64,000 nucleotides of DNA. Origin: Tubiluchus corallicola (Eukaryota; Animalia; Priapulida). Location: positions 1 through 64,000 of the forward strand of contig JAQGDQ010000732.1 in the NCBI GenBank assembly GCA_030141605.1, written 5' to 3'. The notes beneath the pieces were generated by a model. It had not been told where the DNA came from and searched no databases. It saw nothing but the letters and a program-made list of their open reading frames with translations. The translations under genes and the position numbers were made by a program. Shown here piece by piece: positions 37,997 to 51,881 of this stretch; position 1 is the first letter of the stretch, and each line of letters begins with the position of its first letter.

Positions 37997-38830
37997 CTGT
38001 CAATGTAAATGATATATGATTATGCTGAAAATCATATTTGAATATAGGCTCCCTTAATCGTGTTATTATTGGACTGTCATATATGCCAAGAAAATTGAAG
38101 TGCTTGTTGTTTGAGAAGTCAAAATCTAATAAGGCTAGCTTCGCATTATCACGGATAATCAGATCCCTAAGATATACCATTTTGCTGAATGCCCTTTGAT
38201 GTATGAAGAAAAGTCTTTCATTGTAGGCTATTTCCAGTCGATTAAATTCAAATTCACTGTTGTGGATACAGTCCTTTTGCAGCTGCTGCAAATTTGAATA
38301 TCGAATTACGAAACTAATAAGCTGACGTCCTTCTAGAAACCTTTCAGGAAGTTCAGAGTCTGCATAGTAATCGATGTAAAGGTTCCGAAGTTTTACATCT
38401 CGTGGTTGTAATTCTGCTTGCAACCAAATATTGGGTAGTTCCAATTTAGTGTAGCTCTTACAATTTACATCTTTATATTTGGGGCCTACTGAAACATCGC
38501 ATTTTTTTAAACTTAAAGAACTCGTTAAAGTTTTATAATTTGTTGAAGTAAAGGCACTTGTCGAGTTGATGCTGGTTGTTATATTCAGCTCTGACATTGT
38601 GGCGTTTGATGCCATCGCTGTTGTGTTCATCATCGTTGTATTTGCAGGTGACGTTGTTGTTTCTGATGCGAGGCAAAGAAAATTCTCATTTTCAAAATAA
38701 ACACATTCTTCTGTAAAATCACTGCGGCTTGCGTTAAGCACCTCGTCAGGATAATAACAATCAACTATTGACTGTCTCCAATTTTGTGTCTTTATCCATA
38801 ACAGTTGACAGTCGCAAATGAGGCAAAGGC
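37997..38830 (-). CDS. Gene A exon 10: LRRCT-linker-LRR cassette (type B)
   Basis: TTTCAG|GC acceptor, ACAG|GTCAGT donor, 834 nt, phase 1-1, open frame. Confidence 0.9.
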
Positions 38831-39343
38831 CTGAAAATATAAGAGAAATTGCTATTTATATTTGCATTTAAAAGTATAACTGGTCATAAAGCAATACCAG
38901 TTGTTAAGTTTTCCTAAACTTGCAAATATTTTCATTTTCCTTGTTTGTGTACAATTTGTTCCTGGACAAATTAGATCAAAATTTTTTATGAGAAAGCACT
39001 CTTGAGAAAATTGTTTAGTGCAAAATACGAATTTATGACAATTTTCTAAATTCGAAAAGTTTTATATCTTCAAGCAAAGAAAACAAGAGCCATACTATTC
39101 AAAGACTTTTATAAACAATTGCGATGTTTAGAAAATGAGTCTCCTGTGAAGATATTTGTACTTGTCAGTGCTTCTGCCTTTGCAATTACACACGATTTTC
39201 CTTATGTCACATTTTTTAAAATTCGCTATTTGATGCCAGTTTAGGGGCTGCATTGCATGTAAAACTGGAAAAAAGTAGTATAATAACCACATGCATAGAA
39301 TGTTATTAAACTGATGAGCAATACAACTCTTTATCATACTGAC

Positions 39344-40177
39344 CTGTCAATGTAAATGATATATGATTATGCTGAAAATCATATTTGAATATAGGCTCCC
39401 TTAATCGTGTTATTATTGGACTGTCATATATGCCAAGAAAATTGAAGTGCTTGTTATTTGAGAAGTCAAAATCTAATGAGGCTAGCTTTGCATTATCACG
39501 GATAATCAGATCCCGAAGATATACCATTTTGCTGAATGCCCTTTGATGTATGAAGGAAAGTCTTTCATTGTAGGCTATTTCCAGTCGATTAAATTCAAAT
39601 TCACTGTTGTGGATACAGTCCTTTTGCAGCTGCTGCAAATTTGTATAACGTATGATTAGGCTAATAAGCTGACGTCCTTCTAGAAACCTTTCAGGAAGTT
39701 CAGAGTCTGCATAGTAATCGATGTAAAGATTCCGAAGTTTTATATCTCGTGGTTGTAATCCTGCTTGCAACCAAATATTGGGTAGTTCCAATTTAGTGTA
39801 GTTCTTACAATTTACATCTTTATATTTGGCACCTACTGAAACATCGCATTTTGTTAAACTTAAAGAACTCGTTAAAGTTTTATAAGTTGTTGAAGTAAAG
39901 ACACTTGTCGAGTTGATGCTGGTTGTTATATTCAGCTCTGACATTGTGGCATTTGATGCCATCGCTGTTGTATTCATCATCGTTGTATTTGCAGGTGACG
40001 TTGTTGTTTCTGATGCGAGGCAAAGAAAATTCTCATTTTCAAAATAAATACATTCTTCTGTAAAATCACTGCGGCTTGCGTTAAGCACCTCGTCAGGATA
40101 ATAACAATCAACTATTGACTGTCTCCAATTTTGTGTCTTTATCCATAACAGTTGACAGTCGCAAATGAGGCAAAGGC
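39344..40177 (-). CDS. Gene A exon 9: LRRCT-linker-LRR cassette (type B)
   Basis: Same splice sites as exon 10, 834 nt, open frame. Confidence 0.9.
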
Positions 40178-40691
40178 CTGAAAATATAAGAGAAATTGCT
40201 ATTTATATTTGCATTTAAAAGTATAACTGGTCATAAAGCAATACCAGTTGTTAAGTTTTCCTAAACTGGCAAATATTTTCATTTTCCTTGTTTGTGTACA
40301 ATTTGTTCCTGGTCAAATTAGATCAAAATTTTTTATGAGAAAGCACTCTTGAGAAAATTGTTTAGTGCAAAATACGAATTTATGACAATTTTCCAAATTC
40401 GAAAAGTTTTATATCTTCAAGCAAAGAAAACAAGAGCCATACTATTCAAAGACTTTTATAAACAATTGCGATGTTTAGAAAATGAGTCTCCTGTGAAGAT
40501 ATTTGTACTTGTCAGTGCTTCTGCCTTTGCAATTACACACGATTTTCCTTATTGTCACATTTTTTAAAATTCGCTATTTGATGCCAGTTTAGGGGCTGCA
40601 TTGCATGTAAAACTGGAAAAAAGTAGTATAATAACCACATGCATAGAATGTTATTAAACTGATGAGCAATACAACTCTTTATCATACTGAC

Positions 40692-41525
40692 CTGTCAATG
40701 TAAATGATATATGATTATGCTGAAAATCATATTTGAATATAGGCTCCCTTAATCGTGTTATTATTGGACTGTCATATATGCCAAGAAAATTGAAGTGCTT
40801 GTTGTTTGAGAAGTCAAAATCTAATAAGGCTAGCTTCGCATTATCACGGATAATCAGATCCCTAAGATATACCATTTTGCTAAATGCCCTTTGATGTATG
40901 AAGAAAAGTCTTTCATTGTAGGCTATTTCCAGTCGATTAAATTCAAATTCACTGTTGTGGATACAGTCCTTTTGCAGCTGCTGCAAATTTGTATAACGTA
41001 TGATTAGGCTAATAAGCTGACGTCCTTCTAGAAACCTTTCAGGAAGTTCAGAGTCTGCATAGTAATCGATGTAAAGATTTCGAAGTTTTATATCTCGTGG
41101 TTGTAATCCTGCTTGCAACCAAATGCTGGGTAGTTCCAATTTACTGTAGTTTTTACAATTTACATCTTTATATTTGGCACCTACTGAAACATCGCATTTT
41201 GTTAAACTTAAAGAACTCGTTAAAGTTTTATAAGTTGTTGAAGTAAAGACACTTGTCGAGTTGATGCTGGTTGTTATATTCAGCTCTGACATTGTGGCAT
41301 TTGATGCCATCGCTGTTGTGTTCATCATCGTTGTATTTGCAGGTGACGTTGTTGTTTCTGATGCGAGGCAAAGAAAATTCTCATTTTCAAAATAAATACA
41401 TTCTTCTGTAAAATCACTGCGGCTTGCGTTAAGCACCTCGTCAGGATAATAACAATCAACTATTGACTGTCTCCAATTTTGTGTCTTTATCCATAACAGT
41501 TGACAGTCGCAAATGAGGCAAAGGC
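40692..41525 (-). CDS. Gene A exon 8: LRRCT-linker-LRR cassette (type B)
   Basis: Same splice sites as exon 10, 834 nt, open frame. Confidence 0.9.
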
Positions 41526-42036
41526 CTGAAAATATAAGAGAAATTGCTATTTATATTTGCATTTAAAAGTATAACTGGTCATAAAGCAATACCAGTTGTT
41601 AAGTTTTCCTAAACTGGCAAATATTTTCATTTTCCTTGTTTGTGTACAATTTGTTCCTGGTCAAATTAGATCAAAATTTTTTATGAGAAAGCACTCTTGA
41701 GAAAATTGTTTAGTGCAAAATACGAATTTATGACAATTTTCTAAATTCGAAAAGTTTTATATCTTCAAGCAAAGAAAACAAGAGCCATACTATTCAAAGA
41801 CTTTTATAAACAATTGCGATGTTTAGAAAATGAGTCTCCTGTGAAGATATTTGTACTTGTCAGTGCTTCTGCCTTTGCAATTACACACGATTTTCCTTGT
41901 CACATTTTTTAAAATTCGCTATTTGATGACAGTTTAGGGGCTGCATTGCATGTAAAACTGGAAAAAAGTAGTATAATAACCACATGCATAGAATGTTATT
42001 AAACTGATGAGCAATACAACTCTTTATCATACTGAC

Positions 42037-42870
42037 CTGTCAATGTAAATGATATATGATTATGCTGAAAATCATATTTGAATATAGGCTCCCTTAATCG
42101 TGTTATTATTGGACTGTCATATATGCCAAGAAAATTGAAGTGCTTGTTGTTTGAGAAGTCAAAATCTAATAAGGCTAGCTTCGCATTATCACGGATAATC
42201 AGATCCCGAAGATATACCATTTTGCTGAATGCCCTTTGATGTATGAAGAAAAGTCTTTCATTGTAGGCTATTTCCAGTCGATTAAATTCAAATTCACTGT
42301 TGTGGATACAGTCCTTTTGCAGCCGCTGCAAATTTGTATAACGTATGATTAGGCTAATAAGCTGACGTCCTTCTAGAAACCTTTCAGGAAGTTCAGAGTC
42401 TGCATAGTAATCGATGTAAAGATTTCGAAGTTTTATATCTCGTGGTTGTAATCCTGCTTGCAACCAAATACTGGGTAGTTCCAATTTACTGTAGTTTTTA
42501 CAATTTACATCTTTATATTTGGCACCTACTGAAACATCGCATTTTGTTAAACTTAAAGAACTCGTTAAAGTTTTATAAGTTGTTGAAGTAAAGACACTTG
42601 TCGAGTTGATGCTGGTTGTTATATTCAGCTCTGACATTGTGGCGTTTGATGCCATCGCTGTTGTGTTCATCATCGTTGTATTTGCAGGTGACGTTGTTGT
42701 TTCTGATGCAAGGCAAAGAAAATTCTCATTTTCAAAATAAATGCATTCTTCTGTAAAATCACTGCGGCTTGCATTAAGCACTTCGTCAGGATAATAACAA
42801 TCAACTATTGACTGTCTCCAATTTTGTGTCTTTATCCATAACAGCTGACAGTCGCAAATGAGGCAAAGGC
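42037..42870 (-). CDS. Gene A exon 7: LRRCT-linker-LRR cassette (type B)
   Basis: GCTTTCAG|GC acceptor, ACAG|GTCAGT donor, 834 nt, open frame. Confidence 0.9.
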
Positions 42871-43424
42871 CTGAAAGCATAAGAGAAATAACTATTTATA
42901 TTTGTATTTATGAGTTTAACTGGTCACAGAGCAGTACCAGTTGTTAAGTTTTCCTGTGCTTGTAAACTTGCCTTTATTTTCATTTTCTCGTTTGTGTATA
43001 ATTTATTTCTGATCAAATCAAATTGGATTAAATATTTTTTTTATTTTTTTCAAAGGCATTTATAAGCAGACCATTCCTCACTGCGAAAAACTGTATTTAG
43101 GGTTTCAAGGTTTAATTAGATCTTGCTTGCCGTGCTGCAAACAAAATAAAAATACTTTGTTTATATAATATAATCAAAGACTTATGTACGATATGATTAT
43201 GTGATTAAATGTTTTATGAGAGATATATAAGATATAGGAAATTATTATATACTCACAACAGAATTTTACAAACAATTTTCCTGATTATCACATTTTTTAA
43301 AGTTCGCTATTTGATGCCAGTTTAGGGGCTGCATTGCACGTAAAACTGGAAAAAAGTAATATAATAGCCACCTGCGTACAATGTTTTTAAACTGATGAGC
43401 AATACAACTCTTTATCATACTGAC

Positions 43425-44135
43425 CTGTCAATGTAAATGATATATGATCACGTTGAAAATCGTATTTGAATCTAGGCTCCCTTAATCGTGTTATTATTGG
43501 ACTATCGAAAATGCCAAGAAAATTGAAATGCTTGTTATCCGAGAAATCAAAATCCACTGACATTAGCTTTGCATTGCCACGAATATGCAGTTCTCGAAGG
43601 TATACCACTTTGCTGAATGCCTTTGGATGTATGGAGGAAAGCCTGTCATTATAAATTATTTCAAGTTGATTAAATTCAAATTCACTGCTGTGGATGCTAT
43701 CCTTTTGCAGACTCTCCAAATTTGTGTAACGTATGATTAAACTAACAAGCTTATGTCCTAAAAGAAACCCTTGAGGAAGTTTAGAGTCTACATAATATTC
43801 TATGTAAAGACTTCGAATTTTTACATCTCGTTGTTGTAATCCTTCTTGCAACCAAATTTTGGGTAGTAGCCATTTGGTGTAGTTTTTACATATGATGTCT
43901 TTATACGTGAAGGAAAATCTCACTTCACATTCCTTTGGACCAGTCGCCATTGTTGTTGCTGGTGACCTCGTTATTCGTGATACATCACAGACCACAGTGT
44001 CATTTAGACACTCTTCAGTAAAATCGCTGTGACTAGCATTAAATGATTCAACCGGATGATAACAATCAATTAACGATTGTCTCCAGTTGCCTGTCTTTAT
44101 CCACAAAAATTGACAGTCACAAATTAGACAATTGC
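43425..44135 (-). CDS. Gene A exon 6: LRRCT-linker-LRR cassette (type A/B chimera)
   Basis: CTTGTAG|GC acceptor, ACAG|GTCAGT donor, 711 nt, phase 1-1. Confidence 0.9.
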
Positions 44136-44797
44136 CTACAAGTACAAAACAAAAGTATTTATCAAGAAAAATTTGAAAATTTTTCATTTCAGATTTGTTT
44201 TTGCAATTTTTTATGAAGGCTGATATTATCATTTGAAGCTGACTGGTTATAGCTTTCATTGACAGGACCAGTTCAATTTTCCATCATCAGTATTAGCTAA
44301 TTTTTTCTGCGCATTAGTAATATTATAATATCATATTGAAGCCTAATCACCTTCTTTGTCATCGTAAATTTTAATAGTACTGATTTAATATTTTTAAATT
44401 ACACTTTTAGGAACTATTCTTTTTACACTCATTAATCAACAAAAGAATTTGTAATGTGCAACAACCGGGCTTTATGGAGTTTGTACGAAAACCTCGAAAT
44501 GTGAAAAAAGTGAAGAAGCTGCTTTGTGAACACACTTTGTTTGCTGTCCTTTTTGTTATGTTTTGCATCTCGGCAAATTAAATATTCATTTATGGTAAGT
44601 TCCAGTACTTTTTACAAGCAAGCTTTTGAGAGAATTACAAAAAGAATTATAACATTAATAACGTATTCTTAAAATTTGTTTTTTAACACCAAATATTTAT
44701 AAAGACCTGTTTGGCGTGCAAATGTGTGATGAAGGTTGATTGTACCCAGTCAGCTTGAACATTTTTAAATTGGTGAGCTATACATCTGATTACATTT

Positions 44798-45022
44798 CTG
44801 ACCTGTCGAGGTAAAGAGCATATGATCATGTTGAAGATCTTTTTTGAATCCAGGTTCCTTTAGGCGTGTTAATAATGGACTATCATATGCTTTGAGAAAA
44901 CAAAATCTAGTGAGATTAGTTTTGCACTGTCACGAAGATGCAGCTCATGAAGATGTAGAATTTCACTGAATGTCCTTGGATGTATGAAGAGAAGTCTATC
45001 ATTCAGTTTCAGTGCTGTAGAT
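44798..45022 (-). pseudogene. Decayed LRR pseudo-exon resembling the 3' half of gene A exon 1
   Basis: Shares CAGTTTCAGTGCTGTAGAT, GAATTTCACTGAATG, GAAGATGCAGCTCA with exon 1 and keeps a CAG|GTCAG donor, but has internal deletions and no 5' half or acceptor. Confidence 0.8.
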
Positions 45023-46855
45023 TTCCTGTATTTGGAGTTGGTACACCTGATGACATGCTATTGGCTCACCCAAAGTGTTACGAAAACTTAAAACAACTTT
45101 TTGTTATTCAAAATATTTTTTTAAACACATGCAATTTTAATAGTAATTGTAAGACATGACCGGTTGAGAGCAACATACCCATTATTGTGACAACAAGCAT
45201 ATTATCTTAAGCAAATCTGTTAATTAAATAATGATGTGGACATGCTAGTATTCTGGACTATGTTCTGGAAAAAACTCTAAATCAAATTACGAAGAAACAT
45301 CATTATCAGAAATTTTCTAAAACTTTGTTAAGTTTCTTTTGCCTATTGTGTAGATTAATACAAACAACAGGTATTGGCTGTTACTGACCTTGTAATTTTC
45401 CATATTTATTTATACATCTGTGTCTTAATAGCAGTTAGGGTACCGATAGGAAGCTGTTGCAGATATCTTAGCAGCAACAACATATTAATTTTGTAACATT
45501 TTATTGGAATAGTATGAAGCCAATCTTTATATGCATATGGCTTACTTATCATTGTTAGAAACCACACTTGTAAATCAATGACATATCCAATATCCAATTC
45601 TTTAAAAAGCAGTGTTAATTACTGAAGTAGCTACTCTCAAAAACGTAACCTAAAAATAGCAAATATTGATATGCATTTCATGCGAATGATAGAGTGATAT
45701 TTTTGAACAAGTAGTCGACATTAATGTAAAAAAAACTAACAATTTCTGAAAATTATTATTTGGTTGCATGTTGACACTTCCATTTGAGAAACTATACTGT
45801 GACAGAATCACCTGTATTCAGCTGTAATTACATACAGATTGACAATGTAAATGTTGAAGCATGCTTCATTCGTTTGTTAACTAATTCTGCTCTGGGTTAG
45901 TAGATAACTTTTCTTCCAAACAACCATTACCATCAAGGAATGTACGACTCCACTAAGTCTCATTTTTGATTTTTAATTTTAACACAAACAACAATTGCAT
46001 GATGTAACCGATTTGGCCATTTTACACATGCTTTTCAGCATCATTGGCATATTTTCCACTTACAATCAGCAGTAAAATTACCAATTTGAAAAACGTGCTT
46101 TTCACCAAAGCAGGTATGTTAAAATTGCCTTATTTTTTGTTATAATATTGTAATTATAGTGACTACTGTTATAGATGCTTGTTTGTGACTGAAAGAAATG
46201 CACATTCTTAAATATCTGCAGAAGCATGGCTCTCTCTTGTCAAAAGCACAGTTAAACACTGAGGTGGTTGCACGCAAACAAGAAAGCTTTAAATAAATAA
46301 AATGACTTTCCCGTACGTTTTAGACAGCAGGAATATGATATATTTCAGAAAAGCCACTGGCACAAGCAACTAATGTCTTTTCCGAAAACTGATTCTAATG
46401 TATCTTGCCACTTGAATTTGGGTAATTATACTGTGAAGAAGCGATTCTATTCAGCAATTGTAAGACAATGCTGATTGGTGCACAATCTTGCTGTGCTGAG
46501 TTTCTATTGGAATTTGCAAATTTGAGAAAGATAAATAGGCTGCACCGGGAACACTTTTGTTTATTAGTTTTTTTAATAAATTCCACGTATAAATAAATTA
46601 TATCTTTATAATTTGTTTTCAGGAAATTATATCATAAGACCTTATAAGCTGATACTACTTTCTGCTGATAAACTATTACGAGTTTGGCAATATAAGGAAC
46701 GTGACATCACTATCACCTGTTCAAAAAAAATTTGTTTGTTGATGCAAAATTGCTAGGCCTGGATAGCGCACGAAAGTACGATAAGTGTAGGCCAAAAGCA
46801 ACCTACTGAGAATGTTATTAAATTAGCTAGCAATCCTCCACTTTAACATACTTAC

Positions 46856-47572
46856 GTTTCAAGGTGAACGATATATGATCATGTTGAAAATCGTATTTGA
46901 ATCTAGGCTCCTTTAGTCGTGTTATTGGACTATCGTAAATGCCAAGAAAATTGAAATGCTTGTTATCTGAGAAATCAAAATCCACTGACATTAGCTTTGG
47001 GTTGCCACGAATATGCAGTTCTCGAAGGTATATGACTTTGCTGAATGCCTTTGGATGTATGAAGTAAAGTCTGTCATTATAAATTATCTCAAGTCGATTA
47101 AATTCAGATTCACTGCTGTGGATGCTATCCTTTTGCAGTCTCTCCACATTTGTATAACGCATGATTAAACTAATAAGCTTATGCCCTAAAAGAAACCCTT
47201 CAGGGAGTTCAGAGTCTACATAATATTCAATGTAAAGACATCGAATTTTTACATCTCGTTGTTGTAATCCTTCTTGCAACCAAATTTTGGGTAGTAACCA
47301 TTTAGTGTAGTTTTTACATATGATGTCTTTATATGTGATGGAAAACCTCACTTGACATTCTTTTGGACTTGAAAAACCTGTCACCATAGTTGTTACTGGT
47401 GATGTCGTCGTTCGTGATACATCACAGGCCACAGTGTCATTTAGACACTCTTCAGTAAAATCGCTACGACTAGCATTAAACACTTCAACGGGATGATAAC
47501 AGTCAATTAACGATTGTCTCCAGTTGCGTGTCTTTATCCACAAAAGTTGACAGTCACAAATTAGACAATTGC
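46856..47572 (-). CDS. Gene A exon 5: LRRCT-linker-LRR cassette (type A)
   Basis: CTTTTAG|GC acceptor, AAAC|GTAAGT donor, 717 nt, phase 1-1. Confidence 0.9.
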
Positions 47573-49698
47573 CTAAAAGTAGAAAATAAAAGTATTTATC
47601 AAGAAAAATTTGAAGATTTTTCGTTTTTGATTTAGTTTTGCAATTTTTTATAAAATTGTCAAGGCTAATACCATCATTTGAAGTTAAATAGCTATAGCTG
47701 ACACTGACAGGAACACTTCAAATTTCCATCCACATTTTGAGCTACTTTTTTGCTCATTAGTAATATTGTATCCTTCTAATGAAAAAGACTTCTTGAAGCT
47801 CGCATCTCCTTTGTCATTATGCATATATTTTAGATTGTTTGAAATTTCGACAGTATTGATTCAATATTATGAAACGAAACTTTTGGGAACTATCCTTCTT
47901 GCACACTTTTATGAACTTTAGCTGGATATAGAGTAATATTTCCATTATAACTACCTGCCCTATAGTAAACATTTCTTGTATTTGGAGTTGGTACACATGG
48001 TATGATCAATGAGCAACATACACGTTATTGTGACAACAAGCATATTATCTTAAGCAAATCTGTTAATTAAATGGTGTGGACATGCTAGCATTCTGGACTA
48101 TCTTCTGGAAAAAGCTTTAAACCAAAGTACAGAGAAACATCATCATCAGAAACGTCTAAACTTTGTTAATTTTCTTTTGCCTATTGTGTAAATTAATACA
48201 AACAACAGGTACTGGCTGTTACTGACTTTGTAATTTTCCATATTTATTTATACATCTGTGTCTTAATAGCAGTTATGGTACCGATAGAAAGCTACTGCAG
48301 ATATCTCAGCAGTAACAACATATTAATTTTGTAACATTTTATTGTAATTATATGAAGCCAATCTTTATATGCATATGACTTTCTTATCATTGTTAGAAAC
48401 CACACTTGTAAATCAATGACCCATCCAATATACAATTCTTTAAAAAGCAGTGTTAATTACTGAGGCAGCTACTCTCAAAAACGTAACCTTAAAATGGCAA
48501 ATATGGATATACATTTTATGCGAATGATAGAGTGATATTTTTGAAGAAGTAGTCGACATTAATGCAAAACCAACTAACAATTTCTGAAAATTATTATTTG
48601 GTTGCATGTTGACACTTCCATTTGAGAAACTATACTGTGACAGAATCGCCTGTATTCAGCTGTAGTTACATACTGATTGACAATATAAATGTTGAAGCAT
48701 GCTTCATTCGGTTGTTAACTAATTCTGTTCTGGGTTAGTAGATAACTTTTTCTTCCAAACAACCATTACCATAGAGGAATGTACGACTCCACTAAGTCTC
48801 ATTTTTGATTGATTGGTTTTTAATTTTAACAAAAACAACTATTGCATGATGTAACCGATTTGGCCATTTTACACATGCTTTTAAGCACCATTGGCATATT
48901 TCCGACTTACAATCAGCAGTAAAATTACCAATTTGAAAAACGTGCTTTTCACCAAAGCAGGTATGTTAAAATTGCCTTATTTTTTGTTATAATAATGTAA
49001 TTATAGCGACTATTGTTATATATGCTTGTTTGTGACTGAAAGAAATGCACATTCTTAAATATCTGCAGAAGCATGGCTCTCTCTTGTGAAAAGCACAGTT
49101 AAACACTGAGGTGGTTGCACGCAAACAAGAAAGCTTTAAATAAATAAAATGACATTCCCGTACGTTTTAGACAGCAGGAATATGATATATTTAAGAAAAT
49201 CCATTGCCACAAATGGCTAATGACGTTTCCGAAAACTGATTCTATTGTATCTTGCCACTTACATTTAGGTAATTATACTGCGAAGAAACGATTCTATACA
49301 GCGATTGTATGACAATGCTGACAGGTGCACAGTCTTGCTGTACTGAGTTTCTATTGGACGTTGCAAATTTGAGAAAGATAAATAGGCTGCACCGGAAACA
49401 CATTTCTTTATTAATTTTTTATTAAATTCTACGTATAAATAAATTATATGTTCATAATTGTGTTTTCAGGATATTATACCTTAAGACCTTATAAGTTGCT
49501 TGTACTTTTTGTTGGTAAACTATTAAGAGATTGGAAATATTAGGCACCAGCAGCGCTATCATCGTTCAAAAGTTTTTTGGTTGACGCAAAGTTCCTAGGC
49601 CTGGATAGCGCACAAAAGTACGATACGTGTTGGCCAATAGCTGGCTTCTGAGGACGTTATTAAAATTGGCAACCAATCCTCCACTTTAACATACTTAC

Positions 49699-50415
49699 GT
49701 TTCAAGGTGAACGATATATGATCATGTTGAAAATCATAATTGAATCTAGGCTCCTTTAGTCGTGTTATGGGACTATCATATATGCCAAGAAAATTGAAAT
49801 GCTTGTTAGCTGAGAAATCAAAATCCACTGACATTAGCTTTGCATTGCCACGAATATACAGATCTCGAAGGTATACCACTTTGCTGAATGCCCTTGGATG
49901 TATGGAGGAAAGTCTGTCATTATAAATTATCTCAAGTCGATTAAATTCAGATTCTCTGCTATGGATGCTATCCTTTTGCAGTCTCTCCAAATTTGTATAC
50001 CGTATGATTAAACTAATAAGCTTATGCCCTAAAAGAAACCCTTCAGGAAGTTCAGAGTCTACATAATTATCGATGGAAAGGCTTCGAATTTTTACATCTC
50101 GTTGTTGTAGTCCTTCTTGCAACCAAATTTTTGGTAGTAACCATTTAGTGTAATTTTTACATATGATGTCTTTGTACGTGATGGAAAATCTCACTTCACA
50201 TTCCTTTGGACTTAAAAAACTAGTCGCCACTGTTGTTGCTGATGATCTCGTCGTTCGTGATACATCACAGGCCACAGTGTCATTTAGACACTCTTCAGTA
50301 AAATCGCTACGACTAGCATTAAACACTTCAACCGGATGATAACAATCAATTAACGATTGTCTCCAGTTGCGTGTCTTTATCCACAAAAGTTGACAGTCAC
50401 AAATTAGACAATTGC
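49699..50415 (-). CDS. Gene A exon 4: LRRCT-linker-LRR cassette (type A)
   Basis: CTTGTAG|GC acceptor, AAAC|GTAAGT donor, 717 nt, phase 1-1. Confidence 0.9.
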
Positions 50416-51881
50416 CTACAAGTACAAAATAAAAGTATTTATCAAGAAAAAATGAAGATTTTTCATTTTTGATTTAGTTTTGCAATTTTTCATAAAATTG
50501 TCAAGGCTAATACCATCATTTGAAGTTGAATAGCTATAGCTGACACTGACAGGACCACTTCAAATTTCCATCCACATTTTGAGCTACTTTCTTTGTTCAT
50601 TAGTAATATTGTATCATTCTAATGAGAATGACTTCTTGAAGCTCGCATCTCCTTTGTCATTATGCATATGTTTTAGATTGTTTAAAATTTCGACAGTATT
50701 GATTCAATATTTTGAAACGAAACTTTTGGAAACTATCCTTCTTGCACACATTTATGAACTTTAGCTGGATATAGAGTAATATTTCCATTATAACTAACTG
50801 CCCTATAGCAAAAATTTCCTGTATTTGGAGTTGGTATACCTGATGACATGCTGTTGGCTCACCCAAAGTGTTACAAAAACTCGAAACAACAATGGTTATT
50901 CAAAATATTTTTTAACACATGCAACTTTAATAGTAATTGTAACACACGACCAGTGGCGACTGCACGACTCCACCAAGACTCATTTTTGATTTACTTGTTT
51001 TTTTATTTTAACAAAAACAACAATTGCATGATGTAACTGACTTTGGCATTTTAAACATGCTTTTAAGCACCATTGTCGTATTTTCGACTTACAATCAGCA
51101 GTTAAATTACCAATTTGAAAAACGTACTTTTCACCAAAGTGCACATTTTAACATTGTTTTATTTCTTTGTTATAATATTGTAATTCTAGGGACTGTTGTT
51201 ATATATGCTTGTTTGTGACTGAAAGAAATGCACATTCTTAAATATCTGCAGAAGCATGACTCTCTCTTGTGAAAAGCACAGTTAAGCACTGGGGTGGTTG
51301 CACGCAAACAAGAAAGCTTTAAATAAATAAAAAGACTTTCCCGTACGTTTTAGACAGCAGGAATATGATATATTTAAGAAAAGCCACTGGCACAAGCGGC
51401 TAATGACTTTTCCGAAAACTGATTCTAATGTATCTTGCCACTTGAATTTGGGTAATTATACTGTGAAGAAGCGATTCTATTTAGCAATTGTATGACAATG
51501 CTGACAGGTGCACAGTCTTGCTGTACCGTGTTGTTATTGGAATTTACAAATGTGAGAAAGATAAATAGGCTGCACCGGAAACACATTTCTTTATTAATTT
51601 TTTATTAAATTCTACGTATAAATAAATAATATGTTCATAATTTGTTTTCAGGAAATTATATCATAAGACCTTATAAGCTGATACTACTTTCTGCTGATAA
51701 ACTATTACGAGTTTGGTAATATAAGGAACGTGACATCACTATCACCTGTTCAAAAATTTGTTTGTTGACGCAAAATTGCTAGGCCTAGATAGCGCACGAA
51801 AGTACGATAAGTGTAGGCCAAAAGCAACGTACTGAGAATGTTATTAAATTGGCTAGCAATCCTCCACTTTAACATACTTAC

